From Callorhinchus milii (Eukaryota), in contig NW_024704742.1 of NCBI RefSeq assembly GCF_018977255.1, positions 102,240,001 through 102,304,000 of the forward strand: 64,000 nt of DNA. Reading direction: 5' to 3'. Every line of letters starts with the position of its first letter. The stretch's first letter is position 1. The notes under the pieces were generated by a model. The model made no database searches, was not told the DNA's origin, and was given only the letters and a program-made list of their open reading frames with translations. Positions 1-11,300 of the stretch are shown in pieces. The position numbers and the translations under genes are program-made.

Positions 1-699
1 TGCTAATAATGGCTTCATATTGACTGGAAACTTTCAGTAAATGATCCAATAATCACACCAAGTTCTTTTCCTTCCCTATCTCTGCTAACAGAGCGCTCTT
101 AATCATGCGCATGTATGTTCCTAGTCAATAAAACAGCATAACAATAAAAAATACCTAAAAATGGTAATGAAATATTAGAAATAACATCAGAGCCTAGTGA
201 ATGTGGTCCATAGATTTAGAAAATTGTGCCCACGTTTTAATATTTTGGTCCATAAAATTCTGTAATACAGCAGCGTCTATCCTTAACACATCTTATTTTG
301 TGTTAACAAATGAGGCTGTGCCGTGGTTTAGAATGACTGTAAATTATGAGCTATGTTTGTTGACAATGTATGTGTTGGTAATAAACAGCTCAACTATTAA
401 AGCCCCTTATTGTAATGAAGATTCTTAATGTAATTTCATCCTGCATACACTCCAGGTTTTTATAAATACAAATGTCATTATCCTGAACTACAAGTTGCAC
501 ATATTTCATTCACAAATACACAGCAACAATACACTTGACCAGCACTTTATCTCTTTATTTCTTTATTCCTCCCCCACCACCCCACCCCGTGTCTTTTGCT
601 ACCTGAAAGCCAGATCCACTCAATTGACTTCCTCCCATTACGGGAGACATGGTCTGGACATTAATTCATGCATTTAGTTCTCTTCTCTTCAGCTATTTC

Positions 700-1172
700 A
701 TTTCATAGAATTATACAGCACAGGAGGAGGCCATTCGGCCCATCGTGTTTGTGCCAGCTCCTTGAAAAGAGCTACCAATTCAATCCCACTCCCCCGCTCT
801 CTCCCCATATACCTGCAAACTTCCCCTCCCCAAATAATTATCTACTTCTCTCTTATAAGTTGTTAACGAATCTGCTTCCACCACCCTTACAGGCAATGCA
901 TTCAAGATCCAAGCAACTCGCTGTGTGAAAAAAATTCTCCTCACCTCCCCTCTGTTTCTTTTAACAACTATTTTAAATCGGTGTCCTCAGGTTACCAACC
1001 CACCCGCCAGTGGACACAGTTTCTCCTTGTACACCCTAACGAATCCCCTCATAATTTTGAAAACTTTCATTAAGTCTCCTCTTAACTTTCTCTGCTCCAA
1101 GGAGAATAATCCTAGCTTCTCTAGCCTCTCCTGATAACTGAAGTCCCTGATTCCTGGTACTATCCTGGTAAA
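700..1172 (-). mobile_element. CR1 LINE 3' fragment (left part of an interrupted element)
   Basis: Minus-strand RIVPGIRDFSYQERLEKLGLFSLEQRKLRGDL (CR1 ORF2 C-terminus); CR1-type 3' end ...ctgtgctgtataattctatga; colinear with the CR1 copy at 43143-44200. Confidence 0.92.
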
Positions 1173-2373
1173 GGTTGGCTCCTGTGGGTGAGGGGCGGTG
1201 AGAGTTAGGGAAGGGGCAGTCAGGGTGGGTGCTGTTGGACAGCCAATGGCATCTACCATGGTGGGCACGAAGGAGAATGTGAAGGGAGGAGCAGAGGGAG
1301 GCCGTGGGGGAGTCAAAGAGGGATAGGAGTCAGGGCAGGTGGAGGGAGAGGAGGGTTGAGTGGGAGTAGTGGAGGGAAGGGGATGGGGTCGGGAACATCT
1401 TGGGGAAGCAGCTCGGGTCAATTGCGGTAGCCAATGTGCGCACACTGAGACTCAGAGTGGACAGGAGTTCAGCGAGCCATGGTTAGCCCGCTGAGCTGGG
1501 CTGGTGAGGCTCAGTGAGTTGATGGGGGCAGTGATGTCTTCCCAGTGAGTCCTGTCCTCGAGATTCAAATGAGGCGGGTGGGATAACGTCACGCGGCAGC
1601 CGGTTGCCGATTGGCTGAGCCCTCAGAGAGTGCGGGACGGTGGCGAGGGCGCTGATAGCAGCGGGCACTATTGGTGTGGACCAGTGGAGGCGATGGGTCC
1701 TATGCGAGTCCCTCTGCACCACACCGGGCGGCCTTGGGCACCGGTGAGGTCCGCAGACCTCGAGTCAGCCTTGCTGCAGGTCCCGCTCGCTGCTGAGCCA
1801 CTCCAGATGCCGGTTCCAACCACAATTCAGATCCCGCTGAATGTTGAGCCGCAGGTCCCGCTCAAGACGCTGAGTCCGAGCCTCGCTCCGGGCGCTTCGG
1901 GCCACAATCCCGGGTAGATCGCCTCCGTCTCTGATTCCATTCCGGGCTCCCCGGCCGCGGGAGGCTCCTGACGCCCCAGCTTCAGTCTAGACGACCTACG
2001 GCCAGCCCCATGTGCCTCGTGATCTGTGAGCGCCTCATAAAGTGGAGTCCTGTAGCTCAGTGGTTAGAGCACTCGCTTTGCAAGCGAGAGACCTGAGTTC
2101 AATTCCAGGCAGGGCGAAACCTTGGGCCAGTTTCCTTACTCCACACGCCTAATAATAATCCCTCCAATTGGTCATTTTCAATCTACGACTGTTTCTGGGA
2201 GATTGCTGTGCGCAATTGGCTGCTGTGTTCGCCCACAAATATACAGTCAATTCACTTTACAGTGTGTTCTGTGAAGCGCTTTGGGACGTCCTTTCGACAT
2301 GAAAAGCGCTACATGAAATGCAAGGATTATTATTATTATTATTATAAACCCAGCCTCCTGACAGTCGCCATCT
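1172..2373 (-). mobile_element. 5' portion (5' UTR and ORF N-terminus) of an L2 subfamily, 3'-deleted and interrupted by a SINE
   Basis: Minus-strand gtgcgcacattggctaccgcaattgacccgagc and ttggctgtccaacagcacccaccctgactgcccc...ggagccaacct align to the start of the intact L2 ORF (about 23919-24220); GC/CpG-rich upstream region. Confidence 0.75.
2043..2343 (+). mobile_element. tRNA-Ala-derived SINE, short form
   Basis: A-box tagctcagtgg, anticodon arm ctcgc-tttgcaa-gcgag (TGC), B-box gttcaattcc, L2-like tail, (TAT)n end; probable ATAAA target duplication (2037-2041, 2344-2348). Confidence 0.92.
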
Positions 2374-3345
2374 ATAAAGATTTGTCACAACTTCCTGACT
2401 TTTGTATTCTATACCCCTATTTATAAAGCCCAGTATCCCGAATGCTTTTTTAACAGCTTTATCTACCTGTCCTGCCACCTTCAAAGACTTACTTATATGA
2501 ATCCCCAGGTCTCTCTACTCCTTCACCCCCTTTAAGATTGTACCATCAGCTTATATCTCTTCATTCTTCCTCCCAAAATGCATCACTTTGCATTAAACTT
2601 CATCTGCAACATGTCTGCCCGTTTCACTAGTCTGTCTATGTCCTCTTGCAGTCTGCTACTATCCTCCTCACTGTTTACTACTTTTCCTAGCTTAGTATCA
2701 TCTGGAAACTTGGAAATTGTACTCCCTATACTCAAGTCCAGGCCATTGATATAGATCAAAAACAGCAGTTGTCCCAATACTGATCCCTGGACCACTGCAC
2801 ACTTCCCTCCAGTCAGAAAATCAACCATTCACAACCACTCTCTGCTTTCTGTCTCCCAGCCAGTTCTGCATCCATGCTGCCACTGTCCCTTACATATCAT
2901 GAGCTTCTAGTTTGCTTACAAGTCTCTTATGTGGTACTTTATCAAATGCCTTTTGAAAATCCGTTAGACTACATCAACCTTCATCCAGCCTCTCCATTAC
3001 TTCATCAAAAAACTGAGGCAAATTGTGTCTCAGGTTTGCTAATCACAATTTGCCTTTAACAAATCTGTGTTGGCTGCCCTTTACCAACCCATATTTTTTA
3101 AGTGAAAATTTATTTTGTCCCAGATCATAGTCTCTAGAAATTTCCCCACTACTGATGTTAGGTTGACTGGCCTGTAGTTTCCGGATTTATCCTTCTGCCC
3201 CTTTTTGTACAGGGGAGTAACATTTGCAACCCTCCAGTCCTCTGGCTCCACCCCGGAGTCCAAGGAAGATTGAAAGATCGTGGCCAGAACCTCCACTATT
3301 TCCACCATTACTTCCCTCAGTAACCTAGGAAGCATCCCATCTTTA
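2372..3345 (-). mobile_element. CR1 LINE RT region (right part of the interrupted element), degenerate
   Basis: EDWRVANVTPLYKKG..GNYRPVNLTSVVGK, VQGSVLGQLLFLIYIN, ISKFPDDTKL, KAFGILGFINRGIEYK; frameshifted. Confidence 0.92.
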
Positions 3346-3349
3346 TCAA

Positions 3350-3620
3350 TAACTTCATTGGCCTGCTTCATTCCCCTCTCGATCTGCCACACCTAGTAGA
3401 CAAGCATTCAGCTATTCTGCCCCTACTCTGTGGAATACCAACCACCATTCCGTCTAACTTTCCTCTCTCCTCACCCTAAAAACTCATCTTAAAATCTATC
3501 TTTCAACTGTGCTTTTGTTCACTTCTTTCCCCTTCCCCACTCCCCTCAGCTCGGGTTCCCATTCAGCTGTGTGAAGCACGTGTTAATGTGAAAGACACTA
3601 TATAAATGCAAATTTTATTG
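3350..3620 (+). mobile_element. Old L2 3' fragment
   Basis: Degenerate match to the L2 3' end, including tail gtgaaagacactatataaatgcaaa. Confidence 0.55.
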
Positions 3621-4329
3621 TATTAAGAAGAACAACCCATGCTCCTAGTTTACATTTGAATCCCACTGCTTTAATGGCTTAGTAGGTGATGACCTACTTG
3701 CATTTTGTTCGCTGATATCGTTGTTGGGGAAAACTGTATATTACACAGTAGTGAAAGGCTTTATGTAACCAAACAAAATGCATTGGTTATTTGCAAACCT
3801 GTTATTGTCCTGTGAACATGTGACTGAAAGACAGCGATGCTCAGAGTAATCAATTTCACTTACAACACAGAATTTTACAGATTAACCATGTGCTGTTAGC
3901 TGGTCTCAGACAAGGTAGCAGATGAAGCATACAATTCGTGGGTTTAATCTGAAGGCAGAATTCTCCATTAAAATTAACTTGGAACAATTAGTTTGTGTGA
4001 TACCACTTATGGCTGACTCTGGTTCTTTCTCCTCTATGAGCACTACTGTGGTGCTACTGTGGTTACTTCCACCTATGTCCTACTGTGGTCTCCTTCCCTC
4101 ATCCTTCTTCGTCGATGGGTATCCAACCCCACTGGCGTATATCGATCCAAGACACTATCCTGCATGAAGGATATTTTTAAATGTAAGTTTCTGTTCCTGT
4201 TGCTGGAGAATACATTTAAATGCAGAATCTCTTCAACAATTTTTACTTAAAACCGCAGAAAAATCACATAATTGGTTTAGAATGAAGAAAGCCCTTCAGC
4301 TGTTTGATTCTTCCAGAATACCTACAAAA

Positions 4330-5049
4330 ACAACAACAACAAGATTCCATTTATAAAGCGCCTTTCACGTCAGGAGGACGTCCCAAGGCGCTGCACAGTT
4401 GGGTCATGACCCGAGCAGGGGGGAAATGGTCAGGGTGAGGGGAGGGAAGGGAGGGAGCGAGGAGGGGAAATGGTCAGGGTGAGGGAGGGAAGGGAGGGAG
4501 CGAGGAGGGGGAAGAGAGTCGAGAGGGGAGCTGAAGGCACCGTCAAAGAGAAAGGTCTTGAGACCGGCCTTGAAGGAGGAAAGGAGGAGGCGGCGAAGGC
4601 ACTGGGGGATAGAGTTCCAGAGCCTGGGGCTGAGAGGCTGAAGGCCCGACCACCGATGGTAGGGCGATTGGGGCGGGGGACGTGGAGCAGACCGGAGCCA
4701 GAGGAACGGAGGGTACGGGCAGGTAGGTAGGGGGATAGTAGGTTGGAGAGGTAGGAGGGAGCAAGGCCGTGAATGGCCTTGTAGGTGAGGATAAGGATCT
4801 TGAAATCAATCCTCTGGGGATGGGGAGCCAGTGGAGGCGAGCGAGGGTGGGAGTGATGTGGTCCCGAAGCCTGGTGCGGGACAGTACACGAGCTGCAGAG
4901 TTCTGAATGACCTGCAGCTTGTGGAGGGAGGTGGCGGGAAGGCCGGCGAGGAGAGAGTTCCCGTAGTCCAGCCTTGAGGTGACAAAGGCGTGAACCAGGG
5001 TTTCAGCAGCGTGAGGGGTGAGGTAATGGCGTAGTCTGGCGATATTCCG
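4330..5049 (-). mobile_element. Young 5'-truncated L2 copy
   Basis: Near-identical reverse complement of about 26606-27340, including the duplicated 3' UTR block and the (TTG)n tail. Confidence 0.95.
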
Positions 5050-5059
5050 TAGCTGACCT

Positions 5060-6680
5060 ACCTTATCATCCTCCTATCACAGCATCAGGCTGTTACTTAA
5101 ATAAGTCCAGGGTCCTGGCTTCAACCATCATTTCTTGTAACCTGTTCCAGTTATTAATTAACCTCTGTGCAAAGAAATACTTTCTGGTATCTGATTTGTT
5201 TGTGGTTTACTCTGTCAATCCCATTTAAAATCCTACATGCTTCCATAAGATCTGGAATCTCTTTTCAAGGCTGAAGAGCCATAGCTTATCTAATCAGTTA
5301 TACTCATTGCTCTAACACTGGAACTCACATGCATTACTTCTCCTCTGCAGTGATTCCAAGATCTATGTTGTGGCGGCCGTAATTGTGTGCAGTACTCCAA
5401 GTGTGGCCTGACCAGAGCACTATACAGCTTGAGTATGACTTCTGGGGATTTGAACTCAACTGGTTTGGAAACATAGTTCAGCTTCATACATGGCTTGTTA
5501 ATGCTGCCTCATGTTGTTTTGACGTGGTGAGTGAGTCAGCTAACACCACTAAATCTCTTTCAGCTTTCCCTTTGGCAAGTTCTGTTCCATCCTGAGAGTA
5601 CGTGTGACTTCTATTTTTACTTCCTATGTGCAGTACCTTACACTTATCTATATTGAATGCCAATTGTCAATCATTAGGCTATGGAATATGTATAACTTAT
5701 CAAGCTCTCTTCATAAGACCTTTACTACTGAGAAGAGGCAGTTAAGGTTTTACCAACAGAGAGAAAATTTGGTGTCACCTCAAGATTTATCTACTTTTCA
5801 TTGAGTGCAGGTCATTAATATATACAGTAAAACTCACATAAGTCTTATCTTTATAAATCGTATAAAGACGTATAAGTCGTACATTCACTCGAGTCCCATT
5901 CAGTTTCCTATAAAAAAACTTAGATTTCTTCTGTCAGTGCAAAGAATGACTTTCTAATGCATAATGCCATTCCCCTCACCTCCATTTCTCCCACATTTAC
6001 TGCCTGCCTTGAATCATGGGAAATGACGTCCTGATCTATTGCCCCATGTGCACTTACCATCCAGCTGCATTGAATCACAGGAAATGTTGTCTTGATGCAT
6101 CAACATGTGCAGAATTACTTAATTTCCTCCAGTTCAATGCGATTCCAATGCTTTCCATTAAGCGTGCATGTTGCAGCAGGTCAAAATGCACCGAATGGTG
6201 GGAAATGTAGTCTTGACTCAACACTGCATGCGCACTTACCAGCTGCATTAAATTACGCATGTAGATTATTGATTAAATTGGATTTTCTATAAATTGTACA
6301 GTTTGCAACTTGGACTTCATGTAAGTCATATGAAATGTTTTGGTCCCAATTGATACGACTTGTGTGAGTTTTACTGTACATGAAACAGGAGTACAGACCC
6401 CTGAGACACCCCGCTTAAGACCTCCCTTGTGACATTGTGACTTAGCTCTCTCTCCTAATGACTACTTTCTGGTTCCTTCCCTTCAGCCAATTTCAAATCC
6501 ATGTCATACCTTACTCCCAGTGGCATCCATTTGTGAAGTACTCTATCAAGTGGTACTTTGTCAAACACTTTTTGTAAATCAATGTCATATGGCTTCTCAC
6601 AGTCAATTTGGGTTGTTATCTCGTAAAAATATTGTCTGAGATTGGTCAGACGAGATCGCCACCTTCTGAACCCTGTCGTT
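5060..6680 (-). mobile_element. Old CR1 LINE, interrupted by a MITE; its 3' end probably lies left of the L2 at about 4260-4325
   Basis: EFKSPEVILKLYSALVRPHLEYC (5290-5487); GVSQGSV-like RT motif near 6390-6415. Confidence 0.75.
5825..6376. mobile_element. Non-autonomous Tc1/mariner-superfamily (pogo/Tigger-like) MITE, 552 bp
   Basis: Terminal inverted repeats cagtaaaactcacataagtcttatc / gatacgacttgtgtgagttttactg (23/25 match), flanked by TA on both sides. Confidence 0.88.
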
Positions 6681-9219
6681 TATTTGTCTGCAGGTAATCT
6701 TCACTTTCTTTCTGATGATTCACTCCATCAGTTTTCCAATTATCATGGGTCTTCAGTTCACTTTGTTATGTCCCAGCTCCAGGAATGGGAGACACAGAGT
6801 GAAAGGAGATGTGTGTGGGTCAGTGCTTAGCCAATACATGCATTAGCTCCTGTGCACTGTGCTCCTAGCCTGACCAATGTTACCAATCCTGCTGTAACTA
6901 CCTCGCTCCTCAAAAACTGAAACCTATAAAACAACCATTTACACACGGTTATATCTGTTACTCTGAAAAATATAGGATACAATCTCTTGCTTTCGAAAAC
7001 AAATCTAGAAAATATTGCTGCTCTCTGCTACTGCTGTAGGACTGATAGATGTTGATCTTATTATTGAAATATGTTCTACGGTCAGACATTTTCCTGATTC
7101 TGGACCTCATTGTGATTTATATGCCTATGTTTCATTCTGAAATATAATAACTGCCTATAGCAGGGGGGGATACTGGAATGTAGCATGAAAAATGGCTGTC
7201 TACAAGTGAGTTAAAACTACCTTGTTTTGTGATTTATGAATTACTGTGAAGCAGTAATAGGGCTATTCACCCCTCCACAGCCTGACCAAAACAATGTGTG
7301 TGTAAATCAACTGGAGACACTGACGTAACTATATCTTATCACAGCAGCACACTGACAGCCCTGTAAATCACAACAACATCGGTGAGCCAGAATCTGCAGT
7401 GTCCCATTACTGGATCATGTGCAACGCAATTGATGCAAATTAAAAAGCAGTGTAGCCACAAAATTCCTACCTATATTTGGTTTCCTGATACTGTAATCTT
7501 ATTGGGGTAAAATATATATTTCACACAGCGAAAGGTCTGTTATGACCAAATTGCTCAGTTGTTTGAAAGCTTGCTCTTGCATGATGCATTTGTTGCTGAA
7601 AGACATTGGTGCTCAAAGAGCAATCGATTTTTTCTTGTTTCCAGTCATAGGTGAAATCCTCTAACTAAGATGAATGGAAATATTAGTGTTCTAGCAGTCT
7701 AGTGATATCTTCATAGACTTTGTTTAAGTGAAAGATCTGCCAAGACAGCGTTAAGTGGATAATACCCAAATTATAGCCGTTAAGAAGTGAATGACATTAA
7801 AACTCTGTAAGCAATTCAAACTAATATTGTACTACATATAGGGTAATGTCATTGCAAAGATACATTTCAAGCAACTTTATATTTTCTGCAGATGATAATT
7901 TGAAGAAATTTTGTTCGGAGAGCAAGTAGGCTAATTGCTGTTGCAGGAATGGTGTATTCTGAGTGAAATTTAATGCCAAATTTAATGGAATATTAGTGAT
8001 CGGTAAGTTAAGTTATTAAGTCAATATTAACTCCAGTTCACAGTTCATTGAGCATTTTAACTATCCCGGATTTATCGTGGTTTTATTCTGTGCATAAGCG
8101 TTTCTCACTAAAATGAAGCTCGCTGAAGCTGGGGAATGAAATTTTATTTCATCCAAAAATCTGACATTTTCAAGTATCTCGAGGACAGCTATAGAATGGG
8201 TTTGATTGTTTCATTTTTGTGCTGTAGTACCAGTCTGGGCAGAGAGAGCACCTCCTGAATCAATGCGATGCATTCATTTCCCATGCTCTCCCTGCCTATG
8301 GAAATATTGGTGCATTTGTACAGTATTAAGTTTAAAGGCATTTCTGTGCTATGGAAACATGTTGCCTGTGAATTGGGAAGATACTGTTCACTTGATGGAC
8401 ACCAGAAAGGTGACATCACCTTATCTTATCTTGTAGTCCATTCAAACCCGGTCCCCAAAATGAAAGCACAAGATTTATTCCACTTTGATCTCAGTCCCTC
8501 ACCTGCTATATTTTTATTTTTGCTTTTGCACAACTGGAAACAAATATATTAGATGCATTTATGATTCACTTGAGCAAAACACTATAATTTTAAAGCAATT
8601 CTAATATTGTGAGTTTCTTTCCTTGTCCTGAACACACGTCAGCTTAATAATTTTACAGTGAAAATCTTCACTTGATATGTAGGAGTCCAGTAAAATAAAA
8701 GGACTTACAGTGATCCCTTGGATATAAGTCTGCAATTATAAATTGGGCAGCTATGATTATACCATTATCTTTCCACTGGGAGCTCAATGCACAGGATGAC
8801 ATTTGGTTCCCACATTTCTTGTGTTATTTTTAATGAAGGACTGTCCCCAGGAAGGAGTGGGTGTGAGATAAATCTGCAGCTGTTTACTATCGTATAGGGA
8901 ATGACATATGCAACGTTGGAAATAGCAGGCATTGAAAATCCGACAAGTCTCAGGAGTCGAGGATCTTATCATCAATGAAGACTTTTATCATCAATGACAT
9001 TTAAAATAAATCGAATACAGTCCCCTGTGAAATCGAGTCATGTCATGTGCAGATGGAGACTCATGGAGTATAAACACTGGCTTGGACTGATTGGGCCAAT
9101 GGCATGTTCCCTTGCTGTACAGTCTATTGTAAATCTATATACAGCCAAAAGGTCTCATGGTGGGTCCCTAGACTGTGTTGTTTGCTAATTTCAAATGGAG
9201 CAAAAGGAGAAAAGCTACA

Positions 9220-9486
9220 ATTGGTTTTAGTGTCCCTGGGCTAGCATGCAAGGGGAAAAGATTAGCCAGGCTTCCTGCCCCTGACCGCTATCCATTGAGC
9301 TCTGCTGGAATGTGCACTTGTGTAGAGGTTGGGTGACAGCATTGGGCTCAGCTATAATGTTCCCCTTGACCAGCTGGCACTCACCGATGATGCTCGCATA
9401 TGAAGATTGGCCATTTGGCTGAGGTAGTGAAGGTAGGCAACGCCCTTTGATCTCTACTCCAGCTAGAGTCAGCACCCAGGAGAGGT
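9220..9486 (+). mobile_element. Old SINE-like interspersed repeat, third family; related fragments near 36340-36490, 44210-44490, 50860-51110, 52280-52450 and 59350-59520
   Basis: Recurrent degenerate motifs (ctgggcta..ggggaaaa..agccagg..cctg..cctga..gcta; gaagaatggccacttgggtgaggtac) at several loci in the window. Confidence 0.55.
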
Positions 9487-10087
9487 GTTCACAGCACCTA
9501 ACAGAAATATTCAGGTATTTCCTTAAACGTTCACTGTATATACTTGATCAGGTGCTATTTCATGACTACTAAATAGCGTATTGATAGGCATTGAGATTGT
9601 CAGAAATAAACATTGTCAGTATGAAATCATAAAAGTAGAGGTGGGGGTGGGGGGGAATGACTAGAATCCATTAAAGTACCGGTGAAAAAATTATATGCTA
9701 CCTCCTTCTCCCTTTCAATTTAAAAACACTATTAGTTCTTCATTCTAGTCTTCTGTATCCTTTATGATCTGTTCATTGACCTTGTGAACCACTCAACCTT
9801 TCACAACTGGGAGGATTGGCTGTTGACCCATTGCCTCAGTGAAGGCTGCTCTTTAATCTAAATTGCACGCAAGTAGATAGGAAAGTAATGAAATGAGAAA
9901 AGGTCATTCAATCATTACACCAAGCCCTTCCACAACCACACAAAATGTTAATAGATGCAGTATCAGCAGCTTGATTCCTCTGCTTTGTAGGAAAAACTTT
10001 TAATCGCTTGTCCTTCTGGACATGAGGCCTCCTCCCCAGCCTTGCCTCTCCTCCTCAGGGAAACATTGTTTGATGCTGCCAAAGACT

Positions 10088-10140
10088 AGAATCAAAGAAT
10101 TATGCAGCACAGAAGGAGGCCATTCGGCCCATCGTGTCTG
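10088..10140 (-). mobile_element. CR1 3' terminal 50 bp fused to an L2 body
   Basis: tagaatcaaagaattatgcagcacagaaggaggccattcggcccatcgtg matches the CR1 end at 704-747. Confidence 0.8.
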
Positions 10141-11300
10141 GATGATCTGTAGCCTACAGTGGGTGGAGTTGGGGAGGCTGACAAGCACGGAATTTATATA
10201 GTCAAGCCTGGATGTTATGAATGGGTGTATGGATGTCTTGGTGGCCTGCAGTGTGAGATAGTGGTAGAGCTGGGCGATGTTGTGGAAGTGGAGGAAGGCA
10301 GAGTCGGTCATGGCATGGATGTGGGGTAGAAAGGATAGTTGAGGGTCAAACAAGATGCCAAGGTTCCAGACTGGCTTAGTAAGGTGGAGTGTGCAACCAT
10401 GAATGGTGATGCTGTCAGTGCCTGAGGTGTGGAGACGCTGATGGGAGCCAATCAGGAGAGCCTCGGTCTTGTTAAGGTTCAACTGTAGAAAGTTAGCTCT
10501 TATCCAGGACTTGATGTCTGACAGACATTCTGTCAGGACAGTAATGGTCCTGGAGTCGAAGGTGGAGGCAGCGAAATAGAGTTGGGTGTCATCCGCGTAC
10601 ATGGGCAAGTTGACCCCATGTCTGCGGATGATGTCACTAAGAGGGAGCAAATAGATATTGAAGAGGAGGGGACTAAGGACAGAGCCGTGAGGAACGCCAC
10701 ACGAGATGGTATAGGGGCTGGAGGAGAAGCCGTTTGTGGAGATGAAGTGGAGATGGTGTGAGAGATACGATCTGAACCATTCAAGGACAGAACCATGAAG
10801 GTTGAGTTGAGAGGCGACGTGGTGGAGGATGGAGTGGTCAATGGTATCGATGGCAGCAGAGAGGTCAAGGAGGACGATGAGGCAGAGGGAGCCCTGGTCG
10901 CAGATGGACAAAATGTCATTTGCCACTTTGACCAAAGTTGTTTCTGTGCTGTGTGTGACACAGAAACCCGATTGGAGAGGTTTGAGAACAGAAAGGCGAG
11001 AGAGGAAGGAGCGAAGCTAGGAAGCAATGACTCATTCCAAGACCTTGGAAAGGAAAGGGAGGTTGGAGATGGGGCGATAATTTTAGAGCAGGGATGGGTC
11101 CAGGGAAGGATTTTTAAGGATAGGAGTAATGATGGCTGTTTTTAAAGGGGTGGGAACGGTGTTAGTGGACAGGGAGAGGTTTATCATGTCTGCGAGTAGG
11201 GGGGCAAGGAGGTGGAGTTGGGAGTTAAGGAGAGGGGTAGGGATGGAGTCAAGGGAGCAGATGGTCAGTTTCATATAGTGGTGAGAGAGGAGAAGGAGAC
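10137..11300 (-). mobile_element. Older L2 RT fragment
   Basis: LLDLSAAIDTIDH, GVPHGSVLSPLLF and MYADDTQLY motifs; diverged from the intact copy, with frameshifts. Confidence 0.92.

Noticed and set aside
987..1445. 152-aa ORF joining a Pro-rich region to CR1 ORF2
   Set aside because: Artefact of the L2/CR1 deletion junction at 1172
2043..2115. tRNA-Ala gene-like sequence (also near 37850-37918 and 63750-63822)
   Set aside because: No proper acceptor stem, and it continues into a SINE body and tail; these are SINE heads
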